32,000 nt of DNA from Psychrobacter cryohalolentis K5. Its GTDB lineage: Bacteria; Pseudomonadota; Gammaproteobacteria; Pseudomonadales; Moraxellaceae. Position 1 is the stretch's first letter. Each line of letters opens with the position of its first letter. A program made the translations under genes and the position numbers. Location: NCBI RefSeq assembly GCF_000013905.1, contig NC_007969.1, positions 450,001-482,000 on the forward strand, read 5' to 3'. Of the stretch, positions 19,637 to 27,881 are shown in pieces. The notes below the pieces were generated by a model. That model worked only from the letters and a program-made list of their open reading frames with translations, did no database searches and was not told the DNA's origin.

Positions 19637-20509
19637 ATGAAACTATTATATCGAGCGTTACCGATTATATTGAGTGTAGGCTTATTTGGGTGTGGAAATT
19701 CTTCTACCCAAGACAACGCTAATGCAGCTGGCGCAACAGTAACGGAACATAAAGACAATTTTGTCAGTAAACTTCCTGCTACAGCACCGACATTAAAGGT
19801 GGCAATGACTGGTGATTTACCGCCTTTCTCATTTCAAGATGATTATGGCAACATGCAAGGCACTGATGTCGATTCGATTAGAGCCATTGGGGAAGAGCAA
19901 GGCTTTAAAGTCGAATTCTACAAAGAGTCATGGCAGGATATGTTCGATAGTGTGGAATCGGGAAAGCGTGATTTAGCTATTTCTGGTATTTCTTATAAAG
20001 ATGATCGTGCAATTAGATATGGTCTATCAACGCCTTACTTTTTTAATCCAGCTACTATTATGTATTTGGAAGGAAAGTTTGATATCAAAGATTTAAACGA
20101 TATCAAAGGTCTAAAAACAGGTACTTTAGAGGGTTCTAAAGAAGAAGACACTCTAAAAGAGATGGGCAGCTCAGTTGAGCTGGTTTCAAGATCTACTGCA
20201 TTTTTGGCTTATCAGGACTTAGTTCAAGGTAATACTGATGTGTTCTTATATGATATGCCAGTTTTGCAATACATTATAAAAGGTTATCCAGAACATAAAG
20301 TTAAGATTGTCCCTTATGAAGCAGCGGATGCGCCTTCAGCACAGCAAGTCGTGTTGATGGCAAAAGAAAATACCAAGCTGATCAAGAGTGTAAATGAAGG
20401 CATTACCAAGCTAAAAGCAAAAGGCACATTTAAAGAGATTGAAGAGAAATGGCTGGGTGCGACTGAGCCTGCGACCAAAAGTACTTCAAATAATCAGCAA
20501 TCGAGCTAA
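19637..20509 (+). CDS. Periplasmic solute-binding lipoprotein (family-3 / amino-acid-type SBP fold)
   Basis: Lipobox LSVGLFG-C follows a signal peptide, and AGGA lies upstream. The two-lobed PBPb pattern is present (LKVAMTGDLPPFSF, DLAISGISYKDDR, YDMPVLQY). No ABC permease or ATPase gene is adjacent. Confidence 0.8.
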   Translation: MKLLYRALPIILSVGLFGCGNSSTQDNANAAGATVTEHKDNFVSKLPATAPTLKVAMTGDLPPFSFQDDYGNMQGTDVDSIRAIGEEQGFKVEFYKESWQDMFDSVESGKRDLAISGISYKDDRAIRYGLSTPYFFNPATIMYLEGKFDIKDLNDIKGLKTGTLEGSKEEDTLKEMGSSVELVSRSTAFLAYQDLVQGNTDVFLYDMPVLQYIIKGYPEHKVKIVPYEAADAPSAQQVVLMAKENTKLIKSVNEGITKLKAKGTFKEIEEKWLGATEPATKSTSNNQQSS

Positions 20510-20521
20510 GGGACTATAAAG

Positions 20522-22723
20522 ATGGCAACCACACACAATGTCGATAATAAGCGCTATCGCAGTCTGATTATTTCGATTGCATTATTTTTATCTTTGATTG
20601 GCGCCTTGCTAGCGTTTACTTTTTATACCTCAAGCTTGCTTGAAAGAAATACAGTTTTAATTGATAAAACCAACCAAGTTGCTAATAGCGCCCAAGCGGT
20701 AATTAAAGACTTATTCGACTTGGACAGCAGTTACGGTGAAGACACCAACTCGCCGCATATACAACGAGTATTAGAGCGTTTGGAGCAAAATACAGCGCTT
20801 ATTACTAGCTCTATCACTGCTATTGAACAGGGTGGTGAAATTACCGATGTCGATGGTAAAAGCTATGACTTACCGAAGATTAATAATAACTCTCAAACCA
20901 AAGTCGCTGCGGCGAATGAGCAGTGGTTACTTTTAGAGCCTAAGATTCAGACTTACCTTAAAGACGCTGACAACATCATGGTCGATTCATCTGATGAATT
21001 GATTCAAGCGGTTGAACAGGCAAAAACATCGAGTCTACTAATTAACGATTCGTTAGACCAGCTCACCGATGAAGTGTTTATCAACGCTGAACGCCAAGCA
21101 GACACTATCCGCCTAATTCAGATATTAGGGGTTGCAGCTATTTTTGCTTACTTCCTAATCTTCGTATTTTTCTTTGTACGTCGTCTGCGTGATACCGATG
21201 CTGAAGCGTTGGCCGCTCGTCGTGAAACGCAAGAAATTATGGAAACGGTTAATACCGGCCTGTTCTTGTTGGATAAGGACTTGAATATTGGTCAGCAGCA
21301 TTCTCGCGCGCTTAACGGCATTATTGGTGAGGATAGGTTGGCAGGAGAAAACTTTGCTGATGTACTGCGTGGCCGTATTTCAGACAAGGATTTGAGAACC
21401 ACCCGTCAGTTTATCGAGCAGTTATACAATCCACGTGTCAAAGAAAAGCTGGTTGATTCTTTGAATCCTTTGCATAAAGTCATGCTACACAATGCGTCTG
21501 GAGAGGAGAGTACGACCAGTCGCTTCTTAGACTTTAAGTTTTCACGTGTTTATGAAGATAAAGACATTGCCCGTATTTTGGTCAACGTCAATGACGTCTC
21601 AGATGCAGTATATTTAGAGCAGCGCCTAGAAAAAGAACGCTCGCAAAATGATATGCAGATTGAGATGTTGACGACCATCTTAAACGTGAATCCAAAAATT
21701 ATTAATGAGTTTATTAGTAATACCAAAGCTCACATCGATAAGATGAACAATATCTTGAAAAATCCTGGTAGCTCGCAATTTGAATTAGAAGGGAAGCTAA
21801 AAGCGATTTATCGTGAAATGCATAGCCTAAAAGGTGAGGCATCTGCGCTTAAACTGCATAGCTTTACCAAAATCGCATCAGACGCTGAAGACAAGCTTGA
21901 TGCGCTGCAAAATCAAGGCAAGCTGTCGGGTAATAACTTCTTACCGCTCGCCGTGCATTTGGATGACTTATTGAGCCTATCGAATACCATTGAAACGCTA
22001 GGTGAACGTATCAATCAGGCAGCGCCAAAAGCTAACAATAATGCAAAACCTGTAATGTCAGTAAAGACTGCAACACAACCAAGTGTTGTCCAAGCTCAAG
22101 TAGCAGACGTTGCTACCATTAACATAAATGTCGATGGCGGTAATGAAATCGATTTGAGCGATGAGTCAGATGACGAGCATCTATCTTATTACCAAGATTT
22201 TGCTAAAGATATTGCTATTAGACAGGGCAAGAAAATACAGCTTAACGGTCATAATTTAGCACATATAAACATCCCTGAACGCCTCAAACAACCGATCAAA
22301 GAAATCAGTATTCAGTTGCTACGTAATGCAGTGGTACATGGTATCGAATCACCTGAAGCGCGTCAGTCAGCGGGCAAGTCTGCCATCGGTAGTATCGACT
22401 TAGAAATGCAACGTGACAGTCAAAACTTAATCATCGCACTGCAAGATGATGGTCAAGGTATTGATTATGAAGGCATTCGTTATAAGCTGATTGCTGATGG
22501 TCGTTTCACGCAAGAAGAGGCGAGTCAGATGACTCATGGTGATCTGCTCAAAACCTTGTTTGCTTCTGGTTTCTCGACCAAAGAACATGCCGATGAAGAT
22601 GGTGGTCGCGGTGTGGGCTTAGACGTTATCAAGGCGTTGGTCAAAGAGCACAACGGTAAGCTGAATGTAAATACTGAGCTTGGAAAAATGACCCGTTTTG
22701 TCATCACCTTGCCTGCTGCGTAA
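20522..22723 (+). CDS. Membrane-anchored CheA-class (HPt-type) histidine kinase: TM1, helical periplasmic domain, TM2, PAS-like region, HPt, CheA-type HATPase; no recognisable P3 dimerisation or P5/CheW domain
   Basis: TM segments lie at about aa 15-35 and 196-219. The HPt motif is EMHSLKGEASALKL (His codon 21821-21823). The CheA-P4-like block is GKKIQLNGH...LLRNAVVHGIESPEARQSAGKSAIGSIDL, with DDGQGID and GRGVGLDV. The protein ends right after the ATPase domain. Confidence 0.8.
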   Translation: MATTHNVDNKRYRSLIISIALFLSLIGALLAFTFYTSSLLERNTVLIDKTNQVANSAQAVIKDLFDLDSSYGEDTNSPHIQRVLERLEQNTALITSSITAIEQGGEITDVDGKSYDLPKINNNSQTKVAAANEQWLLLEPKIQTYLKDADNIMVDSSDELIQAVEQAKTSSLLINDSLDQLTDEVFINAERQADTIRLIQILGVAAIFAYFLIFVFFFVRRLRDTDAEALAARRETQEIMETVNTGLFLLDKDLNIGQQHSRALNGIIGEDRLAGENFADVLRGRISDKDLRTTRQFIEQLYNPRVKEKLVDSLNPLHKVMLHNASGEESTTSRFLDFKFSRVYEDKDIARILVNVNDVSDAVYLEQRLEKERSQNDMQIEMLTTILNVNPKIINEFISNTKAHIDKMNNILKNPGSSQFELEGKLKAIYREMHSLKGEASALKLHSFTKIASDAEDKLDALQNQGKLSGNNFLPLAVHLDDLLSLSNTIETLGERINQAAPKANNNAKPVMSVKTATQPSVVQAQVADVATININVDGGNEIDLSDESDDEHLSYYQDFAKDIAIRQGKKIQLNGHNLAHINIPERLKQPIKEISIQLLRNAVVHGIESPEARQSAGKSAIGSIDLEMQRDSQNLIIALQDDGQGIDYEGIRYKLIADGRFTQEEASQMTHGDLLKTLFASGFSTKEHADEDGGRGVGLDVIKALVKEHNGKLNVNTELGKMTRFVITLPAA

Positions 22724-22743
22724 TTAAGGACAATAAAAAATCT

Positions 22744-23106
22744 ATGTATAAATTAATGATCGTCGATGATTCAAATATCATTCGAAACCGTATTCAGCGC
22801 GCTTATGACTCGGGTCAATTCATGTTGGTTGCTACAGCAACCAGTGGGGTTCAAGCGCTTGAAAAGTTCAATATTCATCGTCCAGATGTGGTGACCATGG
22901 ATTTGACCATGCCGCAAATGGACGGTCTTGAGTGTATTGAAAAAATCATTGCTATCGACCCTGACGTTCGTATCTTGGTTGTCTCAGCCTTGTCTGACAA
23001 ATCTACTGGCATTGAAGCGTTATCATTGGGCGCGAGTGGGTTCTTGTGCAAGCCTTTTTCAGAAGAAGAGCTGGTAGAGTCTTTGTATGAGTTGGTACAA
23101 GACTAA
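22744..23106 (+). CDS. Stand-alone CheY-like response-regulator receiver
   Basis: 120 aa with D8-D9, phospho-acceptor D53 (22900-22902, TMDLTMP), S81 and K103 (CKPF). There is no output domain. Confidence 0.9.
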   Translation: MYKLMIVDDSNIIRNRIQRAYDSGQFMLVATATSGVQALEKFNIHRPDVVTMDLTMPQMDGLECIEKIIAIDPDVRILVVSALSDKSTGIEALSLGASGFLCKPFSEEELVESLYELVQD

Positions 23107-23152
23107 TATTGTCCAATAATTTTAATAAATACCTTATTAAAGAACACACATT

Positions 23153-23602
23153 ATGAAAGAGCAAAATTTACAAATTTTTGTGAGTATTATTACCAACTAT
23201 TTTACTCAGTTTGGTAATGATGAGTTGGTGGTCGATACGCCTTACTTGTTAGAAAACCAACAGCCAAAAGTCCATGATTATACGGGCGTCATCGGTATAT
23301 CAGGGGTGCAAAAAGGGGTGGTTTATTTTACGGCGACCACGGCGCTATTGAGCAGTATTCTAGACAGTATGGGCGAGATAGATAAAAGTGAGGACAATCT
23401 AGTCGATTTAGCAGGCGAGGTTGCCAATACGGTTTCGGGTAATGCCCGTCACGAGTTTGGTCCAGAATTTCATATCTCTGTCCCGTTTGTCTTTAAAGGC
23501 TCGCCGCAAAGTATCATTTTGCCTAAAAGTGGACGTTCTTTTATCATTCCAGTGAGTTGGCGCAGTCAAATCGGAGAGATTGTGGTTTGTTTGCAAGATT
23601 GA
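23153..23602 (+). CDS. CheX-like CheY-P phosphatase (CheC/CheX/FliY superfamily), paralogue 1
   Basis: 149 aa. The motif GEVANTVSGNA contains the ExxN catalytic pair (E 23417-23419, N 23426-23428). Length and pattern match CheX. Confidence 0.75.
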   Translation: MKEQNLQIFVSIITNYFTQFGNDELVVDTPYLLENQQPKVHDYTGVIGISGVQKGVVYFTATTALLSSILDSMGEIDKSEDNLVDLAGEVANTVSGNARHEFGPEFHISVPFVFKGSPQSIILPKSGRSFIIPVSWRSQIGEIVVCLQD

Positions 23603-23643
23603 TTACACAACCCCGTGATGATAACTATGGACGATGAACAATT

Positions 23644-24093
23644 ATGGTTAATGTAGAAAAGTTAGGCGTCTTTTTAAGTTCAATCAGTGCATTTTTTGCG
23701 CAGATTGATGCTGAGGCAGTGGTCATTGATACGCCTTACCTAAACAGTAATAAAAATGCTGTTGGTTATGATTATAGTGGCATGATTAAAATATCTGGAC
23801 CGCTTGAAGGCTGTGTCTATGTCAGTGCTCCAAGCACTATGTTGCGTGAAGTTATCAAAGTGATGGGCGAGCCTGACTCCTCTATGACGATGATGAAAGA
23901 CTTGCTTGGTGAGATGGCAAATACCATCTCTGGCAACGCTCGTACCGAGTTTGGTGCCGATTTTATTATCTCACCGCCCAAGATTATTGAAGGGGTACCC
24001 AGTATTCCTTATCTGCCAAAAGACCGCCAAAGCTATGTCACGCCATTTACGTGGCGAGGCTATAAAGCAGTTATCGGTATCAGTATTGCTTAA
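23644..24093 (+). CDS. CheX-like CheY-P phosphatase, paralogue 2
   Basis: 149 aa and colinear with paralogue 1 without gaps. The motif GEMANTISGNA contains ExxN (E 23911-23913, N 23920-23922). Confidence 0.75.
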   Translation: MVNVEKLGVFLSSISAFFAQIDAEAVVIDTPYLNSNKNAVGYDYSGMIKISGPLEGCVYVSAPSTMLREVIKVMGEPDSSMTMMKDLLGEMANTISGNARTEFGADFIISPPKIIEGVPSIPYLPKDRQSYVTPFTWRGYKAVIGISIA

Positions 24094-24111
24094 TCTTATT
24101 CTAAATTGATT

Positions 24112-24141
24112 AAAAAAACGACGTTTCACCGTCGTTTTTTT
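24112..24141 (+). terminator. Rho-independent terminator closing the SBP-kinase-CheY-CheX-CheX operon
   Basis: A7-CGACG-TTTCAC-CGTCG-T7. The A and T runs extend the stem. Confidence 0.85.
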
Positions 24142-24450
24142 ATGCATTATCATCCACTTAAACCTTATAATAGCGCTAGCAGTCGCTAAGCGTTATATGA
24201 TAAAATACAGCCCAGCTATTTTTTATCATATAGTATTCTGTACGTTCAAATCGTAGCTCAGTTTTTTCAACCAACCCATCAACCAATGACACACACATCA
24301 TGGCAAAGAATTGCTGGGTGTTTGGCGACTTGATTAATTTGCTTCACGGCTAGGTACTTTATTGATATACCTAACTCATAGCAGATGCGTGTCGCTAGAT
24401 AGGCAGTTTTTGTGATGTGGAGGCATAACCCAACCAACAGGACATTTAAC

Positions 24451-25245
24451 ATGGCTACAAAGAATCCAACCAAAATCGAAATGCGCGACTTATTACAAGC
24501 CGGCGCTCACTTTGGTCACCAAACACGTTTTTGGAATCCAAAAATGGGTCCATATATTTTTGGTGCCCGTAACAAGATTCACATCATCAACTTAGAGCAC
24601 ACGGTAAAAGCGTTTAACGAAGCATTGACTTACGTTAACGGCTTAGCTGCTAAGAAAAACAAAGTATTATTTGTTGGTACTAAGCGCGCAGCTAGCGGCG
24701 TTATCGCTGAGCAAGCAGCACGTGCTGGCATGCCATACGTTGACCATCGCTGGTTAGGTGGTATGTTGACTAACTGGAAAACACTACGCCAATCAATCAA
24801 TCGTCTAAAAGAGCTAGAAAAACAAGCTGAAGACGGTACTTTCGCTAAGCTTACTAAGCGTGAAGCGTTAGAGCGTACTCGCGATATGGAAAAACTTGAG
24901 CGTTCATTGGGCGGTATCAAAGACATGGGCGGTCTACCTGACGCAATCTTCGTTGTAGACGTAGATCATGAAGCAATCGCTATCAAAGAAGCTAAGAACC
25001 TAGGTATCCCAGTCATCGGTATCGTTGATACTAACTCTAATCCTGATAACGTTGATTACATCATCCCAGCAAACGATGATGCTATCCGTGCTGTAACTTT
25101 GTACGTAACTTCTATGGCTGATGCAATCATCGCTGGTAAAGAATACGCACAAACTCAAGCTGGTGGTAAAGCTGAGCAAGAAGCACCTGCTACTGAAGAA
25201 GCGGCTGATGCTCAAACTGAAGAAGCTGCTACTCCAGCAGAATAA
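24451..25245 (+). CDS. rpsB: 30S ribosomal protein S2
   Basis: [32 protein letters not shown] aligns with the E. coli S2 N-terminus. AGGA lies 8 nt upstream. The ORF-track start at 24412 is an upstream extension. The C-terminal tail is acidic and Ala-rich. Confidence 0.95.
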   Translation: MATKNPTKIEMRDLLQAGAHFGHQTRFWNPKMGPYIFGARNKIHIINLEHTVKAFNEALTYVNGLAAKKNKVLFVGTKRAASGVIAEQAARAGMPYVDHRWLGGMLTNWKTLRQSINRLKELEKQAEDGTFAKLTKREALERTRDMEKLERSLGGIKDMGGLPDAIFVVDVDHEAIAIKEAKNLGIPVIGIVDTNSNPDNVDYIIPANDDAIRAVTLYVTSMADAIIAGKEYAQTQAGGKAEQEAPATEEAADAQTEEAATPAE

Positions 25246-25501
25246 ATCGCTGAGTGATATGGTTTAATGTTGTAAGGCTGCCTTGATAGTTTGTCTATTG
25301 GCAGCCATATAACATGACTTATAGTATAGACAGCATAAAGACAAACAATAGGCATGATGTAGTATTACTCGTCATGCCTTATTGTTAAAGCGGATTTGTT
25401 AAAGTGGCGTTGTTAAGCCGCTATACAGAATTCAAGTGCGTTTAGATATTGTGCACTCCTATATATAATAATGCTCACCTACATAATAAAAGGTAACTCT
25501 T

Positions 25502-26386
25502 ATGTCAGAAGTAAAAGTATCTGCCAAAATGGTAAAAGAATTGCGTGACCGTACTGGTCTTGGCATGATGGAATGTAAAAAAGCGTTAGAAGAATCAAAC
25601 GGTGATGTCGAAACTGCCATTGATAACCTACGTAAATCTGGTCAAGCAAAAGCGGCTAAAAAAGCGGGTAACATCGCAGCTGACGGCGCTATCATCATCG
25701 CTCAAGGCGACAGCAAAGCATTCTTGCTAGAAGTGAACTGCCAAACTGACTTCGTTGCAAAAGATGAAAACTTCGCAGCCTTTGCAGAAACAGTTGCAAA
25801 CCTTGCATTAGAAAACAATGTGACTGACGTAGCTGCTATCGCTGAATTGCCATATGGCAATGGTCAAACAGTTGAAGAAGCACGTGTATCTCTAGTACAA
25901 AAAATCGGTGAGAATATCCAAATCCGCCGTGTTGAAGTACTTGAAGGCGCTAACATTGCTGCATACCGCCATGGTCTACGTATCGGCGTAGTGGTATCTT
26001 ATGAAGGCGGCAGTGCAGAAACTGGTAAAAATCTTGCTATGCACATCGCTGCGTTCAACCCAGTTGCTGTTGCTGATGAAGACGTCGCTGCTGATCTATT
26101 AGCGCGCGAAAAAGACATCATTGAAGCAAAAGCACGTGAGTCTGGCAAGCCTGACAACATCGTTGAAAAAATGATCGAAGGTGGTCTACGTAAGTACCTA
26201 GAAGAAGTTACTTTATTACGTCAGCCATACGTTATGGACAATGAGAAAAAAGTTGGTGACGTACTAAAAGCTGAAGGCGTAAAAGTACTTGGTTTCAAAC
26301 GTCTAGAAGTCGGTGAAGGCATTGAGAAAAAGCAAGAAGACTTCGCTGCTGAAGTTGCTGCTACTCAAGCACTAGCTAACAAGTAA
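25502..26386 (+). CDS. tsf: Elongation factor Ts
   Basis: Has the UBA-like N-terminus VKELRDRTGLGMMECKKALEESNGDVETAIDNLRK and the canonical rpsB-tsf order. Confidence 0.95.
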   Translation: MSEVKVSAKMVKELRDRTGLGMMECKKALEESNGDVETAIDNLRKSGQAKAAKKAGNIAADGAIIIAQGDSKAFLLEVNCQTDFVAKDENFAAFAETVANLALENNVTDVAAIAELPYGNGQTVEEARVSLVQKIGENIQIRRVEVLEGANIAAYRHGLRIGVVVSYEGGSAETGKNLAMHIAAFNPVAVADEDVAADLLAREKDIIEAKARESGKPDNIVEKMIEGGLRKYLEEVTLLRQPYVMDNEKKVGDVLKAEGVKVLGFKRLEVGEGIEKKQEDFAAEVAATQALANK

Positions 26387-26464
26387 GTTTTAAAATGCAG
26401 TAAGTACTGAGTTTGTTTTTGCTCAGTACTTATAGATTGTTTGACATAAGAAGCAATCAAGCAT

Positions 26465-26484
26465 AAAAAAGCCCGTTATTTATT
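26465..26484. terminator. Left arm of a bidirectional terminator split by the IS insertion
   Basis: AAAAAAGCCCGTTA + TTTATT. Its partner TAACGGGTTTTTTT lies at 27910-27923, immediately beyond the IS. Confidence 0.75.
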
Positions 26485-26509
26485 TGAACTGACCCCCATA
26501 AGTTGGACA
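26485..26509 (+). repeat. IS3-family left terminal inverted repeat (IRL)
   Basis: See the element entry; it starts with TG. Confidence 0.85.
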
Positions 26510-26529
26510 CAACTTTTGGGGGTTATTTT

Positions 26530-27048
26530 ATGAAGTATGACATCGACTTTAAACTAGGGGTGATAGCCTATTATCAACAAGGACATTCAGGCCTTGCTAC
26601 CGCAAAGCATTTTAATATTAATGATAAAGATGTTTTTAAGTGGGTAAACCAGTATTTAAAAGACGGTATACTTGCAATCAAACCTAAAACTAGCAAAGCC
26701 ATCTACAGTAGCGAGTTCAAGCTTCAAGTCCTGACTACAATGGCAGGTGAAGGTTTAAGTCAATCGCAAGCCGCCTTGAGGTTTAACATTAGCTCACCTG
26801 TGCTGATTAGTGTATGGCGCACAGCCTATGCCCGTCATGGTATGCTAGGCTTAACTGCCAAAGCTAAAGGACGACCCACTGTGAAGCACCCTTATCTCAC
26901 TGACAAACCTGATCATGAAAAGAGTATAGAAGAGATCAAACGCGAGAATGAGTATCTACGCGCGGAGAACGCCTATTTAAAAAAGCTCGATGCCTTGCTC
27001 AAAGAGAGGAAAGCCAATCAGACAAAGCAAGGCTCGTCAAAGGACTAA
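26530..27048 (+). CDS. IS3-family transposase OrfA (HTH plus leucine-zipper-like C-terminus)
   Basis: The likely start is MKYDIDF at 26530; the ORF opens at 26503, inside the IR region. HTH-like segments are followed by a heptad-like EIKRENEYLRAENAYLKKLDALL. Confidence 0.85.
   Translation: MKYDIDFKLGVIAYYQQGHSGLATAKHFNINDKDVFKWVNQYLKDGILAIKPKTSKAIYSSEFKLQVLTTMAGEGLSQSQAALRFNISSPVLISVWRTAYARHGMLGLTAKAKGRPTVKHPYLTDKPDHEKSIEEIKRENEYLRAENAYLKKLDALLKERKANQTKQGSSKD
26979..26985 (+). promoter_or_regulatory. Programmed -1 ribosomal frameshift heptamer A_AAA_AAG (orfA to orfB)
   Basis: In the orfA frame the codons read TTA AAA AAG (L-K-K). The -1 frame is open from here into orfB (KKARCLAQREES...IARSSFYYHVHALK). 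An 8-bp stem, GCCTTGCT 26992-26999 / AGCAAGGC 27026-27033, begins 6 nt downstream. Confidence 0.8.
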
Positions 27049-27875
27049 GAGATCAGCATCCGCTAGCTTTACTATTACTCATTGCAGATATAGCAAGAAG
27101 CAGCTTTTACTATCATGTGCATGCATTAAAAGCTGATGATAAGTATGCCGATCTTAAACAGCGTATCAGTGACATCTATCATTACCATAAAGGTCGATAT
27201 GGCTATCGTAGAATCACTCAAACGCTTAAGAACGAAGGAATAAGATACAACCACAAGCTCATCGCACGGCTTATGAACGAGCTTAAACTTACCGCGAGAA
27301 TCAGACGACAGAAGTATCGATCCTATAAAGGTCAGTGTGGCGTCATTGCCAAGAATAGAGTCAAACGCAGGTTCAGAGCGAAAGCGCCCAATCGCAGGTG
27401 GTTTACTGACATCACAGAGTTTAAAGTCGGTGATGAGAAGTTGTATCTGTCTCCTATACTAGACTGCTTCAACAATGAGATCATCAGTTATACGCTCTCA
27501 AGACGACCCGTATATGACTTGGTGAAACAGATGCTAGATAGTGCACTTAAGGGCATACCTACAAAGCGCAAGGAGACACTGACGCTGCATTCAGATCAAG
27601 GGTGGCACTATCAGATAAAACCGTTTGCGACAACGCTTGAAACGCATAAAATTAAACAGAGTATGAGTAGAAAAGGCAACTGCTTAGACAATGCGCTGAT
27701 GGAGAGCTTCTTCGGTACGCTAAAATGTGAAACTATTTATATTGAAAAGCCATCGAGTATTGAGGCTTTAGAGAAACAGATTCATAACTTTATGCTCTAC
27801 TACAATCATGAGAGAATTCAGATGAAACTAAAAGGACTAAGCCCTGTACAATACAGAACTCAGTCCTTGATTTAA
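26979..27875 (+). CDS. IS3-family transposase OrfB (DDE/RNase-H-like catalytic domain), expressed as an OrfAB fusion (26530..27875) by -1 frameshifting
   Basis: The frame is -1 relative to orfA. DDE-region motifs are present: WFTDITEF, LHSDQGWHY and NALMESFFGTLKCE. The ORF-track start at 27117 is an internal GTG. Confidence 0.85.
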   Translation, partial: KKARCLAQREESQSDKARLVKGLRDQHPLALLLLIADIARSSFYYHVHALKADDKYADLKQRISDIYHYHKGRYGYRRITQTLKNEGIRYNHKLIARLMNELKLTARIRRQKYRSYKGQCGVIAKNRVKRRFRAKAPNRRWFTDITEFKVGDEKLYLSPILDCFNNEIISYTLSRRPVYDLVKQMLDSALKGIPTKRKETLTLHSDQGWHYQIKPFATTLETHKIKQSMSRKGNCLDNALMESFFGTLKCETIYIEKPSSIEALEKQIHNFMLYYNHERIQMKLKGLSPVQYRTQSLI

Positions 27876-27881
27876 TTAAAC

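Noticed and set aside
24412-24450. Upstream extension of rpsB ([13 protein letters not shown]), and the antisense ORF 24279-24473
   Set aside because: The S2 N-terminus aligns from MATK (24451), which has a properly spaced AGGA. The antisense ORF has no support.
26401-26432. Perfect 11-bp hairpin (TAAGTACTGAG / CTCAGTACTTA) just after tsf, considered as the tsf terminator
   Set aside because: No U-tract follows on the plus strand, so I cannot call it an intrinsic terminator. It may be an RNA-stability or processing hairpin. The IS-split hairpin further downstream is the better terminator candidate.
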